64,000 bases of DNA from Eledone cirrhosa (Eukaryota), in NCBI GenBank assembly GCA_964016885.1, contig OZ024741.1, positions 289,292,001 through 289,356,000 on the forward strand. The letters run 5' to 3'. The notes beneath the pieces were generated by a model. The model was not told the origin of the DNA and searched no databases. It saw only the letters and a list, made by a program, of their open reading frames with translations. Positions 27,369 to 39,528 of the stretch are shown one piece after another. The translations under genes were made by a program, and so were the position numbers. Within the stretch, counting starts at the first letter, position 1, and each line of letters opens with the position of its first letter.

Positions 27369-28919
27369 ATGGCCGAAGCTTCTTCACCAAAATTCGAAGG
27401 AGGAAAGGGGAAGATGAACTTACAGCTTCCCCCTGCCACTGTCACAGTAGCAGAGGTCAAGAAGAAAGGTCAGCCAGAGGAAGAATTCTCTCCACCTGTT
27501 AACCGACAACTTGACGTTGCCATGGCAACAACCCAAAGAATCAGCAGCAACAGCAACAACAACAACAATGCGACGGACGAAAACAACACCAATAACAATA
27601 ACAATAACAACAACAACAACAACAAGACCAATAACGGTGACAACAACAACAATGATAACAACAACACCACCAACGACAACAACAACACAAACAAACAAAA
27701 TTTCTCCTTCGCCGAGACGACAAGGAAAACCCTCGACTATCTGCCAGTAGATATAACAAAAGCGAAGGAGCTACTGGCGGATGCGAAAAAATATATAGTG
27801 TACGGGGAAAATGGTTCATTCACAATCCATTCCCCCCCGGAACTAAAAAGCCAGAGACTCCTAAACACGGTCATGTTTAGGACAATCTCGAACAAAAGTA
27901 AAAAACCAGCTCAACCATCACAGAGCGAGATAGAGCTGGTTTTAAAAGACGTCATGAAGGACATCACCTTCATTCAGAAGGATAGACTCTACGGGAGTCT
28001 ATCCATTCTCATGAAGGACAGGGACACAGCAGTGAAACTGTCCATCAAACCAATCACATCCACCGCATACACCTTCTACCCTACGTACATGGGTAGAAGA
28101 ACACAAAAAATAAAAATCCACACCATCCTGCCGATTATAGACATATGGTGGGTTTTGACAGGTTTTCTGGACCTGGAGGATGACATGCTGGTGTCCATGG
28201 GAAAGGCATCGGGTGACGCGTTCAGTGGAACGAGCCTCGAACTTGTAGTTCAAATGAGGCCCGAAAGGATCGCCCAGATCCCTGAACGCGTCATACTGGA
28301 TGATCTAACCTTCATCAACATTACCGTTGAGGGTAGACGGCCCTCGTGTTACCTCTGCGGAACCAGAGGTCACCTGAGGGCTGTCTGTCCCCAACTTAAT
28401 AAGAAAACCCCAATCCTGCCTACACCACCAACAACTGCACAACCAACACAATCACCACAACTACCACTACAAAAACAACCACCACAGCTCAAACCAAAAC
28501 AAAACAATGTCCAACCCATCCCCTCCACTCAAAAAACAAAAACAATTTCCAAAACACCCGTACCGCAAACACAACCCGAAAATATACCCCTCCCTTCCAA
28601 CGCGGAAGATGACCCTAGTTCGTCGTCAGACGAGGAGGAGCACTTCCACACAATCAAAAGAAAAAAAAGAAAACACACCTCAGACACACAAATGAAAACA
28701 ACCCCTCCCCAAAACATGACACTGACACCAACACAAAAGAGCTCACAACAGCAAACAAAAAACACCACACAAAAACAAAAACATGCATACACATACATAA
28801 ATACAAGAAACAAAAAACTGTTAAACATTGTGTACAACAACAATCTAATAAAAACACAAGGGCCTAACTTCACCCAGGCAGGGGATTTCCCCCACCTCAA
28901 AATGATTAAGGCTCCATAG
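27369..28919 (+). CDS. Tx1-type ORF1p (gag-like nucleic-acid-binding protein); same frame stays open to 29165
   Basis: CYLCGTRGHLRAVC (CX2CX4HX4C knuckle) preceded by P..V.......ITVEGRRP; poly-Asn and P/Q/T-rich tracts. Confidence 0.85.
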   Translation: MAEASSPKFEGGKGKMNLQLPPATVTVAEVKKKGQPEEEFSPPVNRQLDVAMATTQRISSNSNNNNNATDENNTNNNNNNNNNNNKTNNGDNNNNDNNNTTNDNNNTNKQNFSFAETTRKTLDYLPVDITKAKELLADAKKYIVYGENGSFTIHSPPELKSQRLLNTVMFRTISNKSKKPAQPSQSEIELVLKDVMKDITFIQKDRLYGSLSILMKDRDTAVKLSIKPITSTAYTFYPTYMGRRTQKIKIHTILPIIDIWWVLTGFLDLEDDMLVSMGKASGDAFSGTSLELVVQMRPERIAQIPERVILDDLTFINITVEGRRPSCYLCGTRGHLRAVCPQLNKKTPILPTPPTTAQPTQSPQLPLQKQPPQLKPKQNNVQPIPSTQKTKTISKTPVPQTQPENIPLPSNAEDDPSSSSDEEEHFHTIKRKKRKHTSDTQMKTTPPQNMTLTPTQKSSQQQTKNTTQKQKHAYTYINTRNKKLLNIVYNNNLIKTQGPNFTQAGDFPHLKMIKAP

Positions 28920-29189
28920 GACACCTATAAAACTTTAAAAAACAATTTTAAAGAGGACGTGGGTCCCCCCTGCGTCGGGCCCATTAACCGCGTCCTCCTA
29001 AAAAACTATCCCACCCCCTCCCCAAACACCCACACAACTCCAAGCTCCCCAACCACACAACACACTGATGCCCCCACACTTCCACAAACCACCACCCCAC
29101 CCAACAACCCATCCCCCACCCTAATGGAAATTGTGCAGCCCGATACCCGGGACGCAGAGAGGTAAGTGCCTTTTCTCTTCACCACCAAC

Positions 29190-32100
29190 ATGGCTATGCT
29201 AAGAGTAGGCTGTTTAAATGCGCGTGGCCTGGGCTCAACTTGGAAGCAAGCAATGCTTCTAAATGACCTCAGGTCACAACGTATAGATGTGATGGTTATT
29301 TGCGAGGCCCGGATCAGCAACGTGCGACAGCTGGCCCCCACCTTTGATGACTTTGAGATGCACGCATCTCTCTGTCAGCCCGGAGGTGGGGGTGGAGTTG
29401 TCGTTCTGCTGCAAAAACATCTGGGTCTCGCAACACAGATGGTACATTTGGACCCGGAGGGTCGACTAGTGGTTCTGGACCTTGGCAGTGGTAAAGGCGG
29501 AGCGTTTAGGTTGGTAGCCGCCTACGGCCCTTTCGGGTCAATGCGGCCGGACTTCTTCCATCGTCTGGAGACTTTTCTGGGGACGTCCCGCTCCTTGCTA
29601 TTAGTGGGGGACTGGAATGGTATCCTAGATGCACGCTGGGACTACGTAGGGGCCTGCCCCGATAGAGAGGGGTGTAATAGCCTCAAAGGGTTAATCGGTC
29701 GATTTGACCTGGCCGATAGATATCGACTAGATTTTCCGACTGCGCCAACCTGGACTTGGGCAAATCGTAGCGGATCATCTAGGTCGTACCTAGATAGGTT
29801 CTTAGTTAGAATTAAGGATAAGGACTTTTTAAGTTGTCCAAAAATGCGCATGGTTGGCTATTCAGACCACAAATTAGTGACCTGCATGGTCAACCTTGAC
29901 AGAACTCATAGACAGGGCCCCGGTTACTGGAAGCTCAACTTGTCCTTGCCGGCAAGTAGAGCCTACAGGAATCGGATTAGTACGTTAGTTAAGGAACGGT
30001 TGACTGGAGCGATCGTCAACAGCAGGTGGTGGGTATCTCTAAAGAGAGAGATTAGAGTAGTCTCGATAGAATTTAGTAAGGTTCTAGCTGCGGATAGGAA
30101 TAGGAAGGAAAGGGAGCTAATAGATAGAGTAGAAAAGGCAATTAGAAGCGGCGACGTGGCCAGAGTGCTAGCGTCGAGAACGGCTTTGAGCCAGTTTTTC
30201 GACGCGAAGCACGAAGGCTGCGTTGTCCGAAGTAAAATACGTGCTCTAGGGAACGAGGGGACCAAAGCTGTTAGCTGGGCCCGCGTGACAGAGGCCAACA
30301 GTGGAACTAAATCCACCATCCGGTCTTTGCGAGACCTGGATGGACGGGCGATTCTTGAGCCTAAGCAGATGTGTGAGGCCTTTCAAAGGCACTTTGCCCG
30401 ACTGTTCGGGAGGGGCGGGGAGCCGGTTGGGAACGTGGACTTCGGTCCATACCTCGACGGCCTGCCGCGCCTCTCGGACAGGGAGGCGAAGTCCTGCGAG
30501 GAGCCGATTTCGGCCGCTGAGATAGAGGACGTGCTGAGCCAATGCGGCAAACGCAAATCCCCGGGTCTCGATGGTCTTCCTTACGAATTATATCTAGCTA
30601 TGCCGGACTTGTTCCCCGATCTCCTCGAGGCGGTCTACTGCAACTGGCAACAGAACGGGAGAATTCCCTGTACTGTGACCAAGGGCGTAGTCACGCTAGT
30701 GAGGAAGGACGAGAACAAGGGGGACGAAATAAGTAACTCCAGGCCCATAACACTGCTAAATACAGAGTTACAGATTTTGGCCAAGGTGCTAGCAAAGAGG
30801 TTGGCGCTTGTCGTGGGCAACCTGGTGGGAGATGCGCAGACATGCGCTATCCCGTCCAGGTCCATCCATGACAACCTCCACCTCATGCGATACATCATAG
30901 AGAGGGTTGGGAACGAACCCGGCTTTGGTGGGGCTCTGATCAACTTGGATCAATCTAAGGCGTTCGATAGGGTCGACCATGGTTACCTGGATGCGGTGCT
31001 AGCGGCGGCAGGCTTCGGACCCGTTTTCAGGGGCTGGATCACTGCTATGCACAGCAGCCGCATCTGCTCTAGGGTCAAGGTGAACGGCTACCTCTCGGAG
31101 CCGTTCCAAATCGCGCGGTCCATCCGACAAGGGTGCCCTCTCTCCTCCCTTCTGTATGTGTTGACTCTCGAGCCACTACTGCGGAAGTTGGAGTTGTTGC
31201 AGGGCATCCCCTTGGAACCGGGATTGCGGAAAGCGGTGTCGGCCTACGCCGATGACGTGACAGTAATGGTGTCGACGGCCTCCGAAATCGAGGCGGTCGG
31301 CACCTTACTGGAGGAGTACGAAAGGTTCACAGGGGCTAAGCTGAACCGGGACAAGTCGATCGGTTTGCAACTCGGCACGTGGAGGGGCAGACCGATGCCC
31401 TCCGATAGCGTCGTCGGACGCTGGACGGAGGGCCCGGTGAAGTTGCTCGGGGTCTGGTTCGGACCGGACCTCCAGGTGGAGAAAAACTGGGCGGAGGTTA
31501 CGAACAGGGTGTTTGCACTGACCCAGAAGTGGGCCAGTTGCAAACTATCCCTGAAAGGTCGGGCGGAAGTGGCGAACACCTACATGGCGTCCGTCATCTA
31601 CTACCGCCTGACCGTAGTGCCCTGCCCAAGGGAAACCCTCACCAAGATGGAGCGCGCGCTCTTCCAATTCCTTTGGAAGAGGCGGGCTCCTATGGTGAGG
31701 AGATCCATCTGCTGTCAACACCCTTCGAAAGGAGGGCTGGGGATGCCGTGGCTAATGATGCGTAAACACGCATTAAGGCTACGGCACCTCTACGTATTCC
31801 TCACCGGACAACCGGTGTGGGCCTCGTTTGTGAGACGAACCTTTCCCAGACTCGTCTCACTCACCGAGCTGCAATCCTGGGTCAAGCAAAGACCGAGAAA
31901 ACTGGGCGCCTGGCACACTGAGTGTGCCCAGGCGCTCACCGCCCTCTGGCAGGCGGATCCGGTTATCAGTGGAGACTCCACCGCAACATTCTATAGAGGG
32001 CTGGTACGCAGCAGGTGCGACGACGCCCTCGGAGAAGCCCTAGACATGGAGGAGGACGAACTGGCCAGCCTGTTCGGTAGGACATTCAGCCCGGGACCTA

Positions 32101-32627
32101 TGGACAACTTCCAGAAGTCCCTGGCCTGGCAGTGCTACCGAGGGGCTTTACCCGTTCGAGAAAGGCTCTACAGACACGGGCGCCCGGGTAGGGACCCCGC
32201 CAAAAAGATCTGTCCCAGATGCGTGTGCGACGAGGAAACCGTTGCACACGCATTGGTACAGTGCTCGGGCGTAGCCGATCTGTGGGGCTATGTCGAACAA
32301 CTGCTGTCAAGGGTGGGACCGATCCGGTTGACCACCGAGTCTATTGTAATGATCAAGCCGCCTCCCCCCTTCAAAGATGAAGCAGAGGCGGTGTTTCTGT
32401 GCGTAATAGCCATGGCGAAAGAGGTTGTATGGTGGACGCGTCTGAAAGGACTGAGGTCAGGCACCTTTCTCTCTGGCCAACAACTGGTCCGTTTCTTCCG
32501 ATATCATTTCGGAAGAAGGATCAGGATGGAGAGTGAGGTGCTGCACCCCAGTCGTTTTTATGAAAGGTGGGTGAAAGTGGCGAGAATGGCCCGTGTGAAT
32601 GGGCCTTCTCTTTACATAAGCCTGTAG
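29190..32627 (+). CDS. Tx1-type ORF2p: APE endonuclease, reverse transcriptase, C-terminal zinc finger
   Basis: EN motifs CLNARG, ICEAR, VGDWN, SYLDRF, YSDH; PGYWKLN; RT motifs KSPGLDG, RPITLLN, LDQSKAFDRVDH, RQGCPLS, YADD; CPRC..ETVAH...C. First ATG is at 29190. Confidence 0.96.
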   Translation: MAMLRVGCLNARGLGSTWKQAMLLNDLRSQRIDVMVICEARISNVRQLAPTFDDFEMHASLCQPGGGGGVVVLLQKHLGLATQMVHLDPEGRLVVLDLGSGKGGAFRLVAAYGPFGSMRPDFFHRLETFLGTSRSLLLVGDWNGILDARWDYVGACPDREGCNSLKGLIGRFDLADRYRLDFPTAPTWTWANRSGSSRSYLDRFLVRIKDKDFLSCPKMRMVGYSDHKLVTCMVNLDRTHRQGPGYWKLNLSLPASRAYRNRISTLVKERLTGAIVNSRWWVSLKREIRVVSIEFSKVLAADRNRKERELIDRVEKAIRSGDVARVLASRTALSQFFDAKHEGCVVRSKIRALGNEGTKAVSWARVTEANSGTKSTIRSLRDLDGRAILEPKQMCEAFQRHFARLFGRGGEPVGNVDFGPYLDGLPRLSDREAKSCEEPISAAEIEDVLSQCGKRKSPGLDGLPYELYLAMPDLFPDLLEAVYCNWQQNGRIPCTVTKGVVTLVRKDENKGDEISNSRPITLLNTELQILAKVLAKRLALVVGNLVGDAQTCAIPSRSIHDNLHLMRYIIERVGNEPGFGGALINLDQSKAFDRVDHGYLDAVLAAAGFGPVFRGWITAMHSSRICSRVKVNGYLSEPFQIARSIRQGCPLSSLLYVLTLEPLLRKLELLQGIPLEPGLRKAVSAYADDVTVMVSTASEIEAVGTLLEEYERFTGAKLNRDKSIGLQLGTWRGRPMPSDSVVGRWTEGPVKLLGVWFGPDLQVEKNWAEVTNRVFALTQKWASCKLSLKGRAEVANTYMASVIYYRLTVVPCPRETLTKMERALFQFLWKRRAPMVRRSICCQHPSKGGLGMPWLMMRKHALRLRHLYVFLTGQPVWASFVRRTFPRLVSLTELQSWVKQRPRKLGAWHTECAQALTALWQADPVISGDSTATFYRGLVRSRCDDALGEALDMEEDELASLFGRTFSPGPMDNFQKSLAWQCYRGALPVRERLYRHGRPGRDPAKKICPRCVCDEETVAHALVQCSGVADLWGYVEQLLSRVGPIRLTTESIVMIKPPPPFKDEAEAVFLCVIAMAKEVVWWTRLKGLRSGTFLSGQQLVRFFRYHFGRRIRMESEVLHPSRFYERWVKVARMARVNGPSLYISL

Positions 32628-33119
32628 GTGGAGAAGAGGAAGGAACGAGGGAGCACCCCCTCTCTGTGCTCCTGAGGAAAAGGGTTGCACACTTTTTTCG
32701 GGGGGGGGTGTGCGACCCCCCAAGGCGCCTCCTCTCTATTGAGGATTTTGTTAAAAATTTTATTTTTTGTTATATCTTATTTTATTTTTATATTTTGTTA
32801 TTGCCTCCTCCTTATTGAGGACGCCTTTTTGTGTAAACTCCCCCCTTTGTACTTGTCCCACTTTTGATGCCCTAGTGGCAAATAAAAGAAACTTATCTAT
32901 CTATCTATCTTCTATCTATCTTCCTCTCACCCTCCATCCTTCACCCACTTCTTGTTTTAAATCTTTACAATTCCTATCACCTCTTCTTTCGTTGTTTTAT
33001 CTTTCAACTTCAGTCTTTTGTTCTCGATGTACATCATTTCTCATTCATAAGCAGACTCATATTTACGAATGCTTGTACAGATATGTATGTATGTATGCAT
33101 GTATTTTGGGATTGATGGA

Positions 33120-33205
<86 letters not shown>

Positions 33206-33609
33206 AATATATATATACATACTCACACACACATATATATATATATAAAATTAATTGTTTTTATTTTTATGTTTCCATTAATGAGAAACCATTTGACAAT
33301 GCTTATTATATGCGGCTTGTGTCTTATTTTCGATCCAGGCACACATACATCCATACATACTTACATACCTACATAAATACGCATACTTATATACAGAGAC
33401 ACGCACATCCTTACATGCGTATCTACCTCTCACTCACTTTCACACTTACTCACTCCCTATTTCTCTCTCTCAGTCTATCTACTCTTTCATTCTCTCTCTC
33501 TATGTATCTATGTATGTATGTATGTATGTATGTATGTGTGTATGTATGTATGTATGTATGTATGTATGTATGCATGTGTGAATGTGTATGTATATGCGCG
33601 GGGACATAG

Positions 33610-33960
33610 AAATAGTCGGGCTGGGCACCCGATCGCGCGGTTAAACCACTGGAGGTGATTGACCCCTAGCCTTTGTCAGGGCATTCTTCTAGGAGAAGGC
33701 AGCTCACGAAACTGGGATAACTCCGATATAAAACCTGCGGCTCAGTAGTTACCGATGATGTTGATCTTTTCTTCTTTTCGGGTTATAGCTACTGTCGCTC
33801 AGAGAGTGGGATTGGCTCAGTGCACAGTCTTTCAGTCTTTCCTCATTTAAAAAAACTATCTTTGCGCACAGGCATTGCACGATAGAATTAATTAATAACT
33901 ATTAATAATGTTATATCGTGCAATGGCCATACTCGATAACAAGGGTGTAGCCATCATGTA
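33610..33960 (+). mobile_element. Short RTE-derived bipartite element with a (TGTA)n tail
   Basis: GACCCCTAGCCTTTGTCA..TTCTAGGAGAAGG..GCACAGGCATTGC shared with 16130-16330 (reverse), then GCCATACTCGA..GCCATCAT(GTAT)n. Confidence 0.55.
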
Positions 33961-35107
33961 TGTATGTATGTATGAGTATATGTATGTATATGTATATGTA
34001 TGTATATATATGTATGTATGTATGTATGAGTACATGTATGTATATATGTATGAGTATATGTGTGTATGTATATGTATATGTATTAGTGTATACACAACTG
34101 ATACTGATTGTTTATGCTGCGTAACCTAGCGGTTCGTGAAATAGAGAACAATAAAAGACGTATCAGACTTTAAAAATAAAGTACTTGAAGGTAAATGCTC
34201 CAGCATGACTGCAATCTCATGAATGAAACCTCTAAAAAAATAAAATAAAAGAATACATAGATCTACACACACACACACACAAACACATATACACACATAT
34301 ATATATATATATATATATAGTTTTTCTTTTTACATTATTTTCCACCCAGGGTGCATATATAAACTACACAGGTGTGCAAACTTGAACAGGGTAGATAGGT
34401 GGTGCGTGTGTGTAAGGGTTGTAATTGATCTGGAAAATTCGTCGGCTGTTAAGGGCTTCAGTAACAACAACACCAACATAAACAGCAAAAACAACAACAA
34501 CAACATAAATAGCAAAAATAACAATAAGTACAACAACAATAACATTAACAACAGAATGTAACGGTTATTTATCATTTTACTAACGACGTTAGATAAGGGT
34601 TTTTAAGGAGGAGAGATTTTGTGATAATGGTGATGTATATAGTGGTAGTGGCGGCGGTTGTGATGGTGGTGGGGGTGGGGGTGATAAGGCCGGTGAAGGT
34701 GGCGATGGTGGTGGTGGTGGTGGTGATGGTGGTGATAAGGCTGGTGAAGATGGCGATGGTGGTGGTGGTGGTGGTGGTGATGGTGGTGATAAGGCCGGTG
34801 AAGGTGGCGATGGTGGTGGTGGTGATAAGGCTGGTGGAGGTGGCGATGGTGGCGGTTAACCGGTTGTTGTTGTTTTGGTGGTAGTGGCGGTGGTGTTTGT
34901 ATCATTCGTGGCGGTGGTGGTGTTTGTATTTTTTTTGTGGATATGGTGGCGGCAACGTTTGTGACGATTGTAGTTGTGGAGGTGGTTGTGGTGGTGATGA
35001 TGGTATTGGTTGTGGGGGGTGATAGTGGTAGTGGTAGTCATAGGAATTCTGAAATAAGTTTAGTGGTCCTGTTGTGGATGGGTGTGGTTGTGACGGTGGT
35101 GTTGTGC

Positions 35108-35250
35108 GTGGTTGGGGTGGTAGTAGTTACTGTGGTTGGGGTGGTAGTAGTTACTGTGGTTGGGGTGGTAGTAGTTACTGTGGTTGGGGTGGTAGTAGTT
35201 ACTGTGGTTGGGGTGGTAGTAGTTACTGTGGTTGGGGTGGTAGTAGTTAT
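35108..35250. repeat. 24-bp minisatellite, about 6 copies
   Basis: (GTTGGGGTGGTAGTAGTTACTGTG)n. Confidence 0.9.
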
Positions 35251-35313
35251 CGTATGTGTGTATTTGTGAGTGTGTCAGTGTGTCAGTGTGTGTGTATGTG
35301 TGCATTTATATAC

Positions 35314-35389
<76 letters not shown>

Positions 35390-35437
35390 GTATATGTATA
35401 TATCTATCACTCTATAATCTCTCTCTCTCTGTCCCTG

Positions 35438-35493
<56 letters not shown>

Positions 35494-35661
35494 TATATAT
35501 ATATATACATATATATATAAATATACATATATATATATATATACATAAATATATATATATACACACATATAAATGTATATGAACATATATATATTAATAC
35601 ATATACGTACATATATATATATTAAAAATGAATACATACATATATATATATATATATTTAC

Positions 35662-35694
<33 letters not shown>

Positions 35695-36006
35695 TTAACA
35701 TATATATATATATATATAGTAAACCAACACCTTTCGAGTATCTTGCCAAAAAACATGTGAGATCTACATGGAGTGGATGTAAACTATTGAAGAGACACCT
35801 GGACATTCTTCTATCTGTGACCTCAGCTGAATCTATGACACAGCAACAAACCTAAATGAGGACAGCGGTATCTAAGTACCACCCATTCACCAAAGTATAA
35901 AGAAAGAGAAGTGTATGTATAAACTGAAGTACACATATCGATAGGTACCCAGCTTGGGCACTACATATTGACTGGAACATGTAAAAGACTATTTTTACTC
36001 TATAAT

Positions 36007-36075
<69 letters not shown>

Positions 36076-36159
36076 CGTTATTCCGGGTTAAATCGGAGGT
36101 AACCACAGTAAGTAAGGTACTCAATACATAGCAGAGTATAACAGTTTTAATATAGATGA

Positions 36160-36259
36160 GATTCTACAGGACTAGAACTGTTTCATCAGGAAATCATCAG
36201 GAATCTGGATGATTCCTGATGATTTCTAAAGAATGAAACAGTTCTAGTCCTGTAGAATC
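36160..36259. ncRNA. Two divergently oriented hammerhead motifs (family G): 36160-36205 (-) and 36211-36259 (+)
   Basis: GATTC-CTGATGA-T TTC TAAA GAA T-GAAA-CAG ttctagtc CTG-TA-GAATC on +; the - copy has the same core with an altered stem II; decayed third copy at about 36766-36812. Confidence 0.75.
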
Positions 36260-36453
36260 TTATCTTTATATATATGTAGGAAGAAGTATGACCCCGACGG
36301 CAGAGTTCAAGCCGTTTCGACGGCTAATTCTGTCGAAACTACTTGAGCTCTGCCGTCGGGGTCATACTTATTCCTATTACCCATCCTACTACCCTAAGTA
36401 TTGAGTACTTTGGTGCGATATGGTCTACCTGGTTCCTTACCACATTTCCTTCG

Positions 36454-36499
<46 letters not shown>

Positions 36500-36814
36500 T
36501 AGATTGAGTTATAAACTCAAAAGAGTGTTTTACAATTAAGTAGCTCAAAGAAGGTAATCTTTCCGAGCCGTGTAATACAATTGAATATATGATAGGGATA
36601 ATCACCGATACAAGTATACATGTGTTCCAATTGCAAATGACCAAGTTAGCTAGGTTGAAAAAATACTAATTTATATGTATGTATATGTGTTCATTCAGGG
36701 AACAAAGCGCTGCCTAAGATTGCAAGTTCCAATTATGGTCACCTCCCTAAATTGTGCATGTATGCATACCTGATGATTTCCGTCGAATGTAACAGTTCTA
36801 ATCCTGTAGAAGCC

Positions 36815-36851
<37 letters not shown>

Positions 36852-36991
36852 ACAAAGAGAGTGTGGTAAGATAACAGGTGGACCATAACGCCCCAGAGTA
36901 CTCAATACTTAGGGTAGTAGAGTAGGTAATAAGAAAAGAGCAGGACCCCGTGGGGGTCCTGACTCTTTTCCTATATATATATATATATATA

Positions 36992-37398
36992 CGAGGGTAA
37001 TCCCAAAAGTAAGGTCTCCAAAGCGATGGGGACGCAAAGAAACTATTCGTACGGCTGTTGGCAAACTGTTGTGATTGGTGTTTCCTTCACTCCCAAACAA
37101 GCAAGCGCGCGCTTCGCTGGGATGCTCAATCTTGGCTTGACAGCCGTTGAGAATGGAGCTCCTGTTGAACGCTACCGCCAAGTGCGAATTTCGCGCAGTT
37201 ATTATATAGAGGGCAATCCCAAAAGTAAGGTCTCCTTCCGAGGAAAACATGTGTAAAGATCGGCGGATCACTTTGGATGCTCTCTGCATTTTGGTTCCTG
37301 AGGTTTCCCGAAGCACCATCCACAGGATTTTAACGGAAAAGTTGCAATATTGGAAGTTGCAATATCGGAAGGAGACCTTACTTTTGGGATTGCCCTCG
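36992..37398 (+). mobile_element. Non-autonomous mariner element with an extra internal TIR (about 37209-37235)
   Basis: TIRs CGAGGGTAATCCCAAAAGTAAGGTCTCC / GGAGACCTTACTTTTGGGATTGCCCTCG, TA flanks; remnants KCEFRAVI and [21 protein letters not shown]. Confidence 0.9.
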
Positions 37399-37440
37399 TA
37401 TATATATAAATATATATATATATATGTGTGTGTGTGTGTT

Positions 37441-37523
<83 letters not shown>

Positions 37524-37530
37524 ATGTTTG

Positions 37531-37581
<51 letters not shown>

Positions 37582-37582
37582 T

Positions 37583-37637
<55 letters not shown>

Positions 37638-38052
37638 CAGAATTTAGCAAATGTAAGTTACTAAAGTTTCAGATAAACTTGAATATATTATCCAGCCATC
37701 GAGTGAGAGAACGATATAGATAGATTGATAAACACATTGATAGAAATAAAAGAATCACTCCTACTGCGTGATTGGTAAATTATCTATCGATCAGTAATTG
37801 TCAAATCAATGTCAAACTCGGTGGGATTTGAACTCAGTACATAGACAGTCGAATTAAATGTCGTAAAACGATATAGACGACGCTCTAACGACTTTGTACA
37901 TACACACTCATATACAGATGAAAACATGCTCCACCATTACACTCGAATACACACACTCATACATGCACATACGCCCTAATATATATATGGCCCCACACCC
38001 GTCATACGCACATACATTTACACACACGCACATACACACACATTTACACAGT

Positions 38053-38118
<66 letters not shown>

Positions 38119-38427
38119 CACAAGAACTTACATGCACACACAGCCAATCATTTAAATACATTGATACTGACAGAAACAAACAATCACAACAAACAAGGTA
38201 CACACACACACACGCACACATATATATATATATGCATATACATGCACACACGCACGCATGGAAACAAACAATTAGAGAGACCGACGGGCGGACAGACAGA
38301 AGGCATATGCACAGCTAGTAAATAGATAGATAGATTAATAGATACAGAGAGAGCAAGAGTGATATATACATACACACACACACATGCACACACATATGTA
38401 TATATACATACATATATATATATATAT

Positions 38428-38579
<152 letters not shown>

Positions 38580-38586
38580 TATATAG

Positions 38587-38667
<81 letters not shown>

Positions 38668-38704
38668 TAGATAGATACACACACATATATATATATATAT
38701 ATAT

Positions 38705-38768
<64 letters not shown>

Positions 38769-39110
38769 GTTCGATGGTTGCCAAAGATAGTTGGTGCTAA
38801 AACTACTGTCAAGTAATTAAAGCAGCAGGCTGGGAAAATGAAACATTACAGCAATTGAAGAATCTGGATGGAACAGGAAATTAAAGTTTATTACAATCAA
38901 GACAGTAGAGTGATATTTAGTTCTTAAGGGCAAAGAATTGGGCTGAAAAACGGCTTTCATTGCATGGTGTAGAATCAGTCCTGCCTTAGGTGAAAAATAC
39001 TGTTTGTGTGAGAGTGGTGGTGGGTAGAATTGTATCAGAGGGTGGCAGAAGTAGTTTAGAATGGAGAGTGAAAGAGAGAGGAGAGCAGAGGAGAGAGGCA
39101 GAAAGAAGGG

Positions 39111-39217
<107 letters not shown>

Positions 39218-39448
39218 GGTGGGGTGGGGGTGGGGGAATAGAATGTTATAGGGAAAGAGAGAAATAAGAGAGGAAAATATGAGAGTGAGGAGGGGGAGAA
39301 AGAGCGAGATAAGAGAAGGGGAGTATGCTGGAGAAGAAAATGAGATGGGGTGAAAAAAGGGTAAAAAGACAGGGTACAAAATATGGGGTAGAGAAATAAA
39401 AGGAGGTTGAAGAACAGAGAGAGAGAGAGCGAGTGAGAGAGAGTGAGA

Positions 39449-39528
<80 letters not shown>

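Larger units (their letters stand above)
27152..32893 (+). mobile_element. Apparently full-length Tx1/L1-group non-LTR retrotransposon
   Basis: 5' UTR, ORF1, ORF2, 3' UTR with AATAAA at 32881; (TATC)n on both sides; no poly(A). Confidence 0.92.

Noticed and set aside
29963-31579. Antisense ORFs within LINE ORF2
   Set aside because: Short shadows of a GC-rich coding frame with no motifs.
35720-35900. Penelope C-terminal remnant (NLNEDSG..VPPI)
   Set aside because: Too frameshifted and short to call without alignment.
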